A stretch of 64,000 bases of DNA from Candidatus Heimdallarchaeota archaeon (lineage in GTDB: Archaea; Asgardarchaeota; Heimdallarchaeia; JABLTI01), in NCBI GenBank assembly GCA_019058275.1, contig JAHLVW010000094.1:1-64000 (forward strand), in the 5' to 3' direction. Shown piece after piece: positions 29,202-39,000 of this stretch. The position numbers and the translations under genes were made by a program. The notes beneath the pieces were generated by a model. The model was not told the origin of the DNA. It ran no database searches and was given only the letters and a program-made list of their open reading frames with translations. Position 1 is the first letter of the stretch, and each line of letters opens with the position of its first letter.

Positions 29202-30551
29202 TTGATTGGTATTAAATCTGCAAACGTGCTTGAATATAAGAAAACAAATAAGACGACAGGTAAGCGATTCTCAATGACAAGCTACAATAGCAGAAATATT
29301 GCGCTTATAGCTTTTGGAGCATTCATTTGGTCTATATATTTCGCAATTCAAGGACAATTTCTCAATGATTACATAGCAGATCTAGCCAGTTATTCTCCCT
29401 TAATTATTTCTTTAATGATTAGTTTAGTTTCCTTGACAGGAGCAGTTACCAGTGTCATTGCTGGAGCAGTAAGTGATAATTTAAACTCTGATTTTGGAAG
29501 AAGGAAAGTGTTTATTCTATCTGGAGGTGTTACCTCTGCTTTAGTTCTGTTTTTGTTACCTTTGAACCAATCAATTGTTTTCATAATTGGGCTTAATGTT
29601 GTAATGAGCATTTTAAATACAGCAGCTTTTGTTTGCAATAATTCATTTATTCCAGATATATCTAATGGCCAAAAGCTTGGGAAAACAAATGCATTTGCAT
29701 CTTTGGGGACATCAATCGGAACAGTAGCTGGATTTACTATAATGCTCCTTAATCTTTCCTCCAATGTCTTCTTCTTTACTGGAGCAATATGCTCTCTTGG
29801 ATTTCTACTTGTAGGATTTCTATTCCAAGAACCAAAAACTTTAATTCAACCGAAGAAATGGTATCTTGCTATAAGAGAAACTTTTCAATTATCCAATTTA
29901 AAGATGGAAAAGAAATTCTTTAGGTTTCTAATCAGCCAATTTCTATTGCATATTGGGATTAATTGCTATATGCCTTTTCTATTGATTTTTCTCACTCAAG
30001 AAAATGATCCTATAAGTGGTGAATTAATAGGTCTTGGTTTATCATTACAAAATGGAGAAGTTCTAATTGTCTTTGCAGTTATGACATGCATTTCTTTACT
30101 TTTCACGCTACCTTTTGGAACTATTATCGATAAAACTGATACTCGCTTTGTTTTAATTATTTCAAGGATAGCTTTTGCATTTGCTACAGCATTAATTGCT
30201 TTAACACCTATTTTTAGAACAGTTAATCCATTAATACTAGGAATTATATTTATCATTCCTTTTGCTATTGCTAATACTGCAGATATAATCTCTAGAGGAG
30301 CTTTAATGCACATTCTTGCACCTAAAGAGAAAAGAGGTCAATTTCTTGGTATTTTATTTCTAGCTAAAATCTTAGCTCAAATACCTGGAGTATTTATTGG
30401 GGGTATAATTGCACAGTTTTTCCAAAGAGGTTACATGTTTGGATTCATAATTGGGGGAATATTCTTGTTATTATCTATTCCATTCATCATTTTATCTGGG
30501 TTTAAGAATTTACATGTAAAACGTATAGAAAAAACAACAACACCAACCTAG
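29202..30551 (+). CDS. MFS transporter (likely start ATG 29274)
   Basis: About 12 TM helices; GAVSD....FGRRK motif A. Confidence 0.88.
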   Translation: MIGIKSANVLEYKKTNKTTGKRFSMTSYNSRNIALIAFGAFIWSIYFAIQGQFLNDYIADLASYSPLIISLMISLVSLTGAVTSVIAGAVSDNLNSDFGRRKVFILSGGVTSALVLFLLPLNQSIVFIIGLNVVMSILNTAAFVCNNSFIPDISNGQKLGKTNAFASLGTSIGTVAGFTIMLLNLSSNVFFFTGAICSLGFLLVGFLFQEPKTLIQPKKWYLAIRETFQLSNLKMEKKFFRFLISQFLLHIGINCYMPFLLIFLTQENDPISGELIGLGLSLQNGEVLIVFAVMTCISLLFTLPFGTIIDKTDTRFVLIISRIAFAFATALIALTPIFRTVNPLILGIIFIIPFAIANTADIISRGALMHILAPKEKRGQFLGILFLAKILAQIPGVFIGGIIAQFFQRGYMFGFIIGGIFLLLSIPFIILSGFKNLHVKRIEKTTTPT

Positions 30552-30576
30552 AAAAAAACCAGAAGACATTTTGAAT

Positions 30577-32877
30577 CTAAAATGATAATCTTAAAACCTC
30601 TGATAGAATTTTATCAAGTGATTCAAAATTCTTACTAATATCTGTTAAACCTAAATATTCTGCAAGAGGTGCTAAACCAGAAATTATTGACTTAATACTA
30701 ACTTCAATACGCAGCAAATCCCCTTCATATAATTGATGTTTCCTAATTACACTTAACATATCTCTTCCCAGAATAACATGCTCATAGATGGGTCGTTTGA
30801 AACTTAAAATATCAATAAAATAATCGGAATCCTCTACTACCGGAGCTATTTTTTGACATTCGAATAACAATTGAGACAAGCTTGGTTTCTTAGCAAAAAG
30901 ATCTAACATGAGCCAATCTTTCAAATATTCAAATTTTTCACGTGTAATGCCCATTTCTGCACATATACTGCCTTTAATGGTTGTATTCATTTTCCCTTTG
31001 GCAGTTTCAATGACATAATTATGTTTTTGAAGTTTACTTAAAAATGAAAATTCTTTATCAATGATTCTTTTAACTCTTACTTTAGGCAGTTGTTTCAAGA
31101 CAAGAAGTCTATGTTTGCAAAAAAGGTCATTATGTGTACATGAACAAGTAAATTCATCCTGCTTAAGTGATACATTATTTTCGCATTCATTCTCTTTCAC
31201 ATAAATGACTTGACTGATTTCCCCTTCAATTGTTTTGCTGATTTCTAAGTTGTCTATCTGATAGTAGAGCTCTAATGCTGATAGTTTCTCCTTCTCAAAA
31301 TCCTCACCTGTTTCAACTAAGGTTTTAAAGTAAACTTCACTAAAGTAGTCAATATCAATTTCATTGTCAACATTTCTCTTTAACATTTTCATCATTTTAA
31401 AATCAAGAAATGTTCTTTTCAGTAATTGTATTAACTCCTTTTGTGTAGGTTTATTACTGTAAATTAATGTTAAAATTAGTTTTTCAAACTCATCTTTGGT
31501 CAATATCATGCTACTTATTTCATCAAAGCGAGGTTTTGCATTTATCTCAGAAGAGAATGTATTTTTTGATTCTATATTACTCTCCCAAAAACGGTTTAAT
31601 ATAGCTCCTTTTTCTTGAGTATCATTTGCTAAAATGCTACAATTTCCATAAAAATCATAATCAGGTCTACCAGCTCTTCCTGCAATCTGGTGAAATACGT
31701 TTCTGGAAAGCCATTCATTATTCCATCTCTTTGTATCTACGATTACTACTTCTCTAGCTGGTAGATTGACGCCAGCACCAAGTGTTTCTGTACAAAACAG
31801 TACTTTGACTAACTTTTGACGAAATAGCTCTTCTACAACTTTTTTTGTTATCCTACTTAATCCTGCATGGTGAAAAGCGGTTCCTTTTTGCATTAATTCA
31901 TATAATTGCTTATTACCCAAAGTGTCATTAGGTAACGATATGCTTTCCAAAAAAGCTAAAACCTTTCCAGGATCAAAATCCTTTTTCTGTTTTGCTCTTG
32001 TAAAAATGAACTGTGAAAAATCTTCAGCAAATTCCTCTGCTTTACTTCTTGTCCCACAAAAGACCAATAATTGTGAATCATTTTTTATGTTATAATCAAT
32101 TTTCTTGCTAATTTGTTTATAGGGATCCAATGAAGTTAATATACTATACTCAAGAGGTATATGCCGCTCTTCACTAACTAGTAACACCCCTCTTAGCCAA
32201 TCTGCAATGTCTTTTGGATTGGCAATTGTAGCAGAAAGAAGAATTAAGCGAACTTTGTCAATTATTGTAGTCAAAATGGTCTCGAGAATAGGACCACGTT
32301 TTTTATCACCTAATAAATGAAATTCATCAATAATCACATTTTTTGTATAATAAACTAAATCAGGCATTCGTCCAAGTATTGTACGAAATCTCTCATAAGT
32401 TGAAATCAGGATATTGCACTTGCGTATTTCTTCCTCGTTAAAATCGATTTCAGACATAGACATGTGGATTTTTACTTTTAGATGTCTGTAGTCTTTAGCA
32501 AAATTACTTGCTTTTTCTTCAGCTAGTGCTCTTAAGGGTACGAGGAAAATAGTTTTTGCAGGAACGTTTTCAAAGTTCTTGCTTGACAGTTGATTATCAA
32601 ACCTATTCTCATGTCCACTTATGTATATATTGGATTCAGAATCCCATTCATTCATAATGTCCCTAATAGCAACCATCTCAGCAATGAGTGTTTTACCAGC
32701 TCCGCTTGGTGCAACAATGATTAGATTATCATCTGAGAAGAGATATGGGTAAGCCTTTTTTTGTATGTCAGTTAATTTCGTAATACTTTTCCAAGTCAAT
32801 ATTTCTTTTAGAATTTGATTAGTATTTTCCTTTGCTTCGTTATCAACTACCAATTCAATTATTCTCCACTTCTTCAT
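30577..32877 (-). CDS. Ski2/Hel308-like SF2 helicase with inserted SWIM zinc finger
   Basis: APSGAGKT, PLRALA.EK, DEFH, LSAT, AFHHAGL, TETL.AGVNLPA, QIAGRAGRP; FTCSC-x6-CKH near 31108-31152. Confidence 0.88.
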   Translation of the reverse strand: MKKWRIIELVVDNEAKENTNQILKEILTWKSITKLTDIQKKAYPYLFSDDNLIIVAPSGAGKTLIAEMVAIRDIMNEWDSESNIYISGHENRFDNQLSSKNFENVPAKTIFLVPLRALAEEKASNFAKDYRHLKVKIHMSMSEIDFNEEEIRKCNILISTYERFRTILGRMPDLVYYTKNVIIDEFHLLGDKKRGPILETILTTIIDKVRLILLSATIANPKDIADWLRGVLLVSEERHIPLEYSILTSLDPYKQISKKIDYNIKNDSQLLVFCGTRSKAEEFAEDFSQFIFTRAKQKKDFDPGKVLAFLESISLPNDTLGNKQLYELMQKGTAFHHAGLSRITKKVVEELFRQKLVKVLFCTETLGAGVNLPAREVVIVDTKRWNNEWLSRNVFHQIAGRAGRPDYDFYGNCSILANDTQEKGAILNRFWESNIESKNTFSSEINAKPRFDEISSMILTKDEFEKLILTLIYSNKPTQKELIQLLKRTFLDFKMMKMLKRNVDNEIDIDYFSEVYFKTLVETGEDFEKEKLSALELYYQIDNLEISKTIEGEISQVIYVKENECENNVSLKQDEFTCSCTHNDLFCKHRLLVLKQLPKVRVKRIIDKEFSFLSKLQKHNYVIETAKGKMNTTIKGSICAEMGITREKFEYLKDWLMLDLFAKKPSLSQLLFECQKIAPVVEDSDYFIDILSFKRPIYEHVILGRDMLSVIRKHQLYEGDLLRIEVSIKSIISGLAPLAEYLGLTDISKNFESLDKILSEVLRLSF

Positions 32878-32900
32878 TTTATCTTAGTAGTTTGATTTTG

Positions 32901-33170
32901 CTATAATATTGGTATTTTACAACAGAATTCTTTTGATAGAGCAAAATCAAATAATCCGCGCTCTATTAACTCATTAGTAATGATTTCTTCATACGTTAAA
33001 TGACCAAAACAATTAGTTAAACTACACATTTGACATTGTGTGACTTCAGTTGGAGAACAAAAGCTGTTAATGTGTCGAATTGTTTGCCATTCTGAGATTA
33101 GATTGTTATTAGTCATTTTTTGAATTTTCATTTTTATTTTTGATAATCTCTTACGCCCTGTTAAAACCAT
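32901..33170 (-). CDS. Small Cys-rich protein
   Basis: C-x7-C-x2-C-x4-C-x2-H plus terminal CC; AGGTGA Shine-Dalgarno sequence; 23 bp upstream of the helicase. Confidence 0.65.
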   Translation of the reverse strand: MVLTGRKRLSKIKMKIQKMTNNNLISEWQTIRHINSFCSPTEVTQCQMCSLTNCFGHLTYEEIITNELIERGLFDFALSKEFCCKIPIL

Positions 33171-33310
33171 ATTAGCTATTCACCTGACTTTTCCAAAGGG
33201 TTATTTACATATGTAATTTATTTCCAACGAATTTTTCACTCAATTGGATACTATCAATTAAGAATCTACTTTTTTTATTTAAAAACAAACAAATATGAGA
33301 AGAAAAATGA

Positions 33311-33862
33311 TTAATTTCTTCTATCTCTAGTTTTTCTTTTATTTTGATAAAGTCTAAAAGTAATTGTGATGATAGCTATAACTCCAATGATTTCTAGATT
33401 TACTTCACTTGTAGTTAATTCTGTTCCAGTTCCAAAAACGAATGGATAACCTTTTTTCACCCACTCATTAAATCCTTCCACCATATTAGAAACATTCGTG
33501 TATCCTATATCAACCAATTTGTTAGCACCAGTTTTTGATCTGACACCATTATCACAGTAAACTATGATTCCGGTTTTGTTATTTTCTGGGAGTTTGTGTA
33601 CATTTGAATAAAGGTAGTAAACGTTAATGTTTACTGATCCATTTATATGTCCATCATCTGCAAACTCTTTAGATGATCTAACATCTAAAAGAAAGATTGA
33701 TGGGTCGCTATCTAATCTACTCTTCGCTTCTTCTACTGAAATATTTTCATAATCTGCACTCATAACTTGTGAAATATTTAGAAAAAGTATAATCATAGTA
33801 ACAAACAAATATGTTTTTTTGATTATTTTCTTCATTGTCTCTCTATACTCACAATATTTCAT
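33311..33862 (-). CDS. Exported, membrane-anchored rhodanese domain protein
   Basis: LLDVR...EF..GHI.GS.NI, YCDNGVRS active-site loop, GF.EW; signal peptide and C-terminal TM. Confidence 0.9.
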   Translation of the reverse strand: MKYCEYRETMKKIIKKTYLFVTMIILFLNISQVMSADYENISVEEAKSRLDSDPSIFLLDVRSSKEFADDGHINGSVNINVYYLYSNVHKLPENNKTGIIVYCDNGVRSKTGANKLVDIGYTNVSNMVEGFNEWVKKGYPFVFGTGTELTTSEVNLEIIGVIAIITITFRLYQNKRKTRDRRN

Positions 33863-34004
33863 AAGATCATACTATATTATTGATAAATTGTAGAAAATAG
33901 ATAAAAATGTTTTACTAATTAAAGCTTAAAAGATATAAGGAAATTAACATCAAGTACCATTAAGATTATTAATGAACAAAATACCAAGATGAAAGTGAAT
34001 TACA

Positions 34005-34451
34005 ATGTCTCTGACAACAAAATCTCTAATAGAAGTAGTTATGGTTCCTCCTGCAATGGTTGATGAAAATGATAGTATTGCTATAGTTGCAAAAGTTCTA
34101 TTACAATCAAATAAAGGGTGTGTATTTGTTACAAGTGTTGGTGAAGTAGTAGGCATCATTACAGAAAGAGATGTTTTAAGAGTGATTTTGAAAGATGGAG
34201 GAATGCTTTCACCAGATATTGAAGCAAAGGATTTCATGATAAAACCTGTTACAACTATTTCTAAAACTGCCTCACTAGCAGAAGCAGATGATCTTATGCA
34301 TCAAATGAATCTCAATCGTTTAGCAGTTGTAGAAAAAGAAGATTCACTTATAGTAGTAGGTCTAATCGATACAGAATTACTTCAAGTATCTATCAAAACT
34401 GAATTGATAAAAACTTTGAAGAAACGTCAAAAATACTCCCAAGATAAATGA
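34005..34451 (+). CDS. CBS-pair domain protein
   Basis: VGIITERDV, DFM.KPV.TI, two CBS repeats. Confidence 0.88.
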   Translation: MSLTTKSLIEVVMVPPAMVDENDSIAIVAKVLLQSNKGCVFVTSVGEVVGIITERDVLRVILKDGGMLSPDIEAKDFMIKPVTTISKTASLAEADDLMHQMNLNRLAVVEKEDSLIVVGLIDTELLQVSIKTELIKTLKKRQKYSQDK

Positions 34452-34469
34452 ATACAAATGAATTTCTGC

Positions 34470-35417
34470 TCATTTATTTTTAGTTTCTTTTTTATTTAGA
34501 TATCTTTTCAGAAAGTATGAGCAATTATCTGTAAATTGACAGAATTTGCACATCCATTGCTGAGGACATTCATTTGGGGTTCGTTCACCTTTCCAATATC
34601 CAACAGCCCATTCCATATCCACTTCAAAACTTTCTTCATGGAAATATGTACGGTCTGCAAACACCACTTGCTGATCAATCTGATGCATATAAATTGCTTT
34701 AAGCTCATTAGAAAGACTAGGTAAACACTTGAAAATCGAAAAAACTTTCTCTAATAGCTGATGGGGACTAGATTTCTCCAATATTTCTTTGTGTTCATCA
34801 GGCAATTGCTGTAACAATTCATCAGATGGAACCAATTCTTCAGGGACCTCGAAATATTCCTTGAACATCTCAATTGTAAATTTTTTCTCTCTCAAATCTC
34901 GTATCATGTGCCAATATACTTGCAATTGAATTCGGTTTCGTCTTTTTTGTTCATAAGAAGGAGCTCTCTTTGATTTACGTGTCTTATAATCAGTTATAAC
35001 CATCTTTTTATTATCAGATTCTGCTTCTTCAATTTCTATTTGATCTATAATTCCTAAGCATGGGATATCTTGTATTTTGCCAATTACTGGTAGTTCTCGA
35101 GTGATATTTCTATTTAGTAAAGTTTGTAATTTAGTATAAATTTGCAAAATATAAGCGATTAAATTATCCTCAAATGTTGTTACTACAACTTCAACCACAG
35201 GACCAAGCTCTTCTTCCAAATTTCTATGAATTTCCGATCCAGTTATCATTTCTTCTGTTGGTTCCATGCCTAAATGTAATTTTAGATGGAGCTGCATTTC
35301 ACACCAAAATTGATTAGCAATTTTGGTTGGTGAGAGGTTTTTTATGCTTGGTATGATTGTCAGGTCAATTTCAGTTTCCTCTTCCTCATCATTGACCAAA
35401 TTCTTATCTTTGCTCAT
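34470..35417 (-). CDS. Exonuclease V (EXO5/Dem1)-like Fe-S PD-(D/E)xK nuclease
   Basis: WCE, G..IH..LE.E, RELPV.G, GIID, DYKTR, Q.Q.Y, C-terminal CKFCQF...C. Confidence 0.82.
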   Translation of the reverse strand: MSKDKNLVNDEEEETEIDLTIIPSIKNLSPTKIANQFWCEMQLHLKLHLGMEPTEEMITGSEIHRNLEEELGPVVEVVVTTFEDNLIAYILQIYTKLQTLLNRNITRELPVIGKIQDIPCLGIIDQIEIEEAESDNKKMVITDYKTRKSKRAPSYEQKRRNRIQLQVYWHMIRDLREKKFTIEMFKEYFEVPEELVPSDELLQQLPDEHKEILEKSSPHQLLEKVFSIFKCLPSLSNELKAIYMHQIDQQVVFADRTYFHEESFEVDMEWAVGYWKGERTPNECPQQWMCKFCQFTDNCSYFLKRYLNKKETKNK

Positions 35418-35575
35418 TATAGACTATCATCACCAACAATAGCATTTAATATTTTAGTTTGTAAGGAAAATTGATTTTTGTGGTATTTTTATTTTTCAAT
35501 TTTAAGAATAATATTGTGAATTAATGTTGCTGATGAATGTTAAAAATGATAATCTCATAGATATAAGCCAGTTTA

Positions 35576-35812
35576 TTGGACAAACTGAAGGAACTCCCAA
35601 ATAACTTTGCAACTATAATCAGCAATGCAATTGCTTTTTTAGTTGCAATTTGTTTTGCTCTGGGTGTGGTTCTAGCAATTGTTGGTGCAATAAAATGGGC
35701 TTCAGGTTGGGATGATAAGGGAGGTAAAAAGACTATCGTAAAGGGGATTTTCCTCATCGCACTTTCCTTGGTTGCTGGAGGAACTGGAATTTCAATAGTA
35801 TTATTTACATGA
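35576..35812 (+). CDS. Small two-helix membrane protein, TrbC/VirB2 pilin-like
   Basis: Two hydrophobic helices separated by G.KW...DDKGGKKTI..G; 78 aa. Confidence 0.5.
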   Translation: MDKLKELPNNFATIISNAIAFLVAICFALGVVLAIVGAIKWASGWDDKGGKKTIVKGIFLIALSLVAGGTGISIVLFT

Positions 35813-35909
35813 CAAGTTTTGATATGTTTCTTCCACAAAACAAATTTAATATGCTGAATTAATATTTGTTAAATGTGGTAAAGTATTTGTTTTATTTGGA
35901 GTAGTTCCT

Positions 35910-37211
35910 ATGTTGAAGATAAAAATTCCAAGAAGATGGTATCTAGTAATAGTTGGTTTAGCTGATTGGCGAAGAAATGCTCAAGAGCTCCCACATAACC
36001 AATTTAAAGAATTACAAGTTGTCATAGATAATTATATCTCCAGAATCTATAAGACATTTAGAAAAAGAGGGGCAATGGTTGGGAGTCTTTTATATTCTAA
36101 AGAGAATTTAGCTCCCTTCTTCTTATTAGAAGCAACAAGAGAAAATGAGCGCTTTTTAAAAGAAAGCAGAATACTTATCCAAAATATTTCTGAGAAAATA
36201 CATTCGAGTTTAACTATTGAAGAACAACAATCTGAACTTGGTAAAAATGTACTGCAAGTTCTTCTCGAAGGTCGATTGCTTATTTTAGATTGTACTATAC
36301 CATTTGATCCTGGATTCTTCCCAAATGAAGATTTCATTGCTAAAGCATTTAGTGATACGTTAAATTCAGAATTGTTGACAATTAAAAGATCTGAACATGA
36401 TTTTAACGGACGAAAGAATTGGCTTTCAACCTTGGATAGTATAGTAAATAGAGGTTTTATGAAAGATGTTGGTCCTGTAAGCAAACTAAAAGAAGCTAAA
36501 GTGGTTGAAGGTAAGAGATTATATGATAAGAAATCACCTGGAGATTTTGAAAAGATAACAAGAATTTTGTCTGAAGTTACACCCTACAGGACAAGCTTAT
36601 TTGAAATTGAAAAACTAACTGCATCATATGGCGATAGGGAACCTTTGGGTCATATAATTATCCAGTATTTGTCAACTGGCGGTGATTTGCCTATAAGACT
36701 TAACAAACGTTCAACTATTCATGATAGAATCGGGAGAAAAATAGAAGATCTTCAATGGATTCAATCAATGAATTTAGATTGGAAGGAAATCGACAAATTA
36801 CAAATTTATTCTGAAGAAATCGTTTATGACAAAGTTGAGAAATTAATTTCAGACGTAGGTGGAATTAAATTTGATGCATTATGGACAGAAAAGGATTTGT
36901 CAAATAACATTTACTTCTTATCTAAATTTGACTTCACAGAGGATGTATTGAAGAAACTTAATGAATTTGTAGCAAATCCAAGAAAGCAATTGGAAGAACA
37001 TGTTGGACCTGGAACAATAGCAATGTTTGAATTATGGCAAAAAGCAGGTTTGGAGTTTAATCTTCTCATCTTTGAAGTAAAAGGATTTGATCCTGATGAA
37101 GATAAGAACCTAACTGATTGGATAAAATCACTGAAAATAAAAGAAATTCCTGGACCTAACTATTGTGGTAATAGAGAAGTACTTCAACAAAGAAACTTTA
37201 GGCCTTTTTAA
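35910..37211 (+). CDS. Hypothetical soluble protein (433 aa)
   Basis: Long ORF with GGAG Shine-Dalgarno sequence; no confident family. Confidence 0.75.
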   Translation: MLKIKIPRRWYLVIVGLADWRRNAQELPHNQFKELQVVIDNYISRIYKTFRKRGAMVGSLLYSKENLAPFFLLEATRENERFLKESRILIQNISEKIHSSLTIEEQQSELGKNVLQVLLEGRLLILDCTIPFDPGFFPNEDFIAKAFSDTLNSELLTIKRSEHDFNGRKNWLSTLDSIVNRGFMKDVGPVSKLKEAKVVEGKRLYDKKSPGDFEKITRILSEVTPYRTSLFEIEKLTASYGDREPLGHIIIQYLSTGGDLPIRLNKRSTIHDRIGRKIEDLQWIQSMNLDWKEIDKLQIYSEEIVYDKVEKLISDVGGIKFDALWTEKDLSNNIYFLSKFDFTEDVLKKLNEFVANPRKQLEEHVGPGTIAMFELWQKAGLEFNLLIFEVKGFDPDEDKNLTDWIKSLKIKEIPGPNYCGNREVLQQRNFRPF

Positions 37212-37311
37212 CTAAAGGTCACTCTTTTTTTTCCACAGATAATTCATTTTTTGTGCTTTACTTTCGCTTCTTCCATCCTTTAAAAGGAATTTTGTCGATA
37301 TATCTTTTGAA

Positions 37312-37581
37312 GTGATGTATATGATGGCACAAATACATGGACATGAAGAACAATTGATTCACGATGTCTGGGGTGATATTTGCTTAGAATGTGATGGTAC
37401 TTGTAAACCCAAAATTCATCTTTATCATATTAAAAAAGAGGAAATTGCTGTCTTAATCTGTCCTAATTGCGATTTCACTATAGTAGTTGTAGAAGTAGAC
37501 AAACTGAAGAGCGAAACGATCCAAAAAGAGCTAGAGCAAAAAGAAAAGACCTTGATAGCAACACACCATTCCTTCCCCTGA
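37312..37581 (+). CDS. Small zinc-ribbon protein
   Basis: CLECDGTC and CPNC motifs. Confidence 0.65.
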   Translation: MMYMMAQIHGHEEQLIHDVWGDICLECDGTCKPKIHLYHIKKEEIAVLICPNCDFTIVVVEVDKLKSETIQKELEQKEKTLIATHHSFP

Positions 37582-37791
37582 TAAGTGGTGTTGCACTCAT
37601 AAGTGCCTAAGTATCACCCAACAAGAATCCCTAGTTCGAAAAAATATCCAGAAAAAGAGCTTTAAACAAGCTATAATAGGGTCCCATGAGTTTAAAGTAA
37701 ACATTTAAAATCGGAAATTTGTAAAAAAGGTCTGAAAACAAAGGATTTAATATACGAACATCGCAATTATCTTTAGATTAAACCAATTATT

Positions 37792-38376
37792 ATGGTGAGT
37801 GAATTGGGTAAAGTAATAGTTATAGTCTTTGCAGCATTATCCCTCATATTAATTCCAGTAAGCCTTTATTACGTAGCAGACACAAGTGGTTCTGAACCGG
37901 ATTTCTCACTAGTATTTCATGGTAGATTCTATGATGCTAAAATTGGAGACTATATTGATAACCCAGGTTTTAACTTCTTTAAGTTTACAAGTACTGGTGA
38001 AAATATCTTCAATCCAAGTGCATGGAATGATGCATTTTCTAGCGAATTGGTTTTAGGAATGCCCGCAGGAACTCTAATGATGATCTTGTGGTATGTCAGC
38101 ATGGGAGTTCTTCTAATAGGAATTATTGTTGCATTCTTTAGAGTAAAAATCTCAGGAATATTCTTCTTATTAGCCTTTATTGCAGATGGTTTACAAGCTT
38201 TATTCTGGTATTTGGCAATGAATCAGTTCTATTCATCTGATCCGAATGTTTTATTCTTCCCAATACCGATTACAGCATTGTTCTTATTAGCAACTGCTAT
38301 TATTGCCTTTACATCCAAGAAGAAGGAATCCTACTACTATTCTCCTGGATATTCCTATGGTTATGGTCGAAGATAA
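37792..38376 (+). CDS. Four-TM membrane protein with large first loop and Tyr/Gly-rich tail
   Basis: TM1, ~60-aa loop, TM2-TM4, tail YYYSPGYSYGYGRR. Confidence 0.75.
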   Translation: MVSELGKVIVIVFAALSLILIPVSLYYVADTSGSEPDFSLVFHGRFYDAKIGDYIDNPGFNFFKFTSTGENIFNPSAWNDAFSSELVLGMPAGTLMMILWYVSMGVLLIGIIVAFFRVKISGIFFLLAFIADGLQALFWYLAMNQFYSSDPNVLFFPIPITALFLLATAIIAFTSKKKESYYYSPGYSYGYGRR

Positions 38377-38560
38377 GAAAATTATTTCTTATAGAAGCTG
38401 ATTAATGGGGTAACCCCCTTTAACTCTTCACTTAAGAGTATATTAGTGACCTAGTTCGAATACTTTCAGTCACCTCCATCTCGAGTTATTGCTTTTTAAA
38501 GAAAATCACTAAGAATAACTTAGGAGTCGGTTCTCCTAGAAGAGAAAGGGTCAAATTAAG

Positions 38561-38887
38561 ATGGCATGTGACTTAAAGGAAAGTTTAATCGAAAAAGGAA
38601 AATTTGCTTTAGAAAATCGAGACTTTATAACTGCAACAGAAATTTTTTCCAATGCAATTATTGAGGAAAATAGTTCAGATCCAAACTATTGGTGTTGGTT
38701 AGCTGAATCCTTATTCTATCAAGCACAGTTTGAAAGTTCATTGAAATGCTGGCATGAAGCAGCATCAAAGGACCCAACAAATAAAATTGCTTGGATCAGG
38801 ATAAGTGCATTATATGCTCTGTTAGAAGAAGATGATTTGGCAATCCATTATTACAATATAGCTGATAGCTTACCAATAGAAGACTAA
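38561..38887 (+). CDS. Tetratricopeptide repeat protein
   Basis: Three TPR-like units (W..LA..L.....F..S...W..A...DP). Confidence 0.8.
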   Translation: MACDLKESLIEKGKFALENRDFITATEIFSNAIIEENSSDPNYWCWLAESLFYQAQFESSLKCWHEAASKDPTNKIAWIRISALYALLEEDDLAIHYYNIADSLPIED

Positions 38888-39000
38888 GGTAAAAATTCCT
38901 GTATAAAAACTCATCAACTATTTAGGCAATTTATTTATTTTAGTGAGTGTAATGTCTTACTAGTTTATCAATTGCTAACAAAAGTAAGGGGTAAAAATAA

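Noticed and set aside
34470-35417. Cas4 / CRISPR-Cas system
   Set aside because: No repeat-spacer array or other cas genes in the window; the motifs fit EXO5 better
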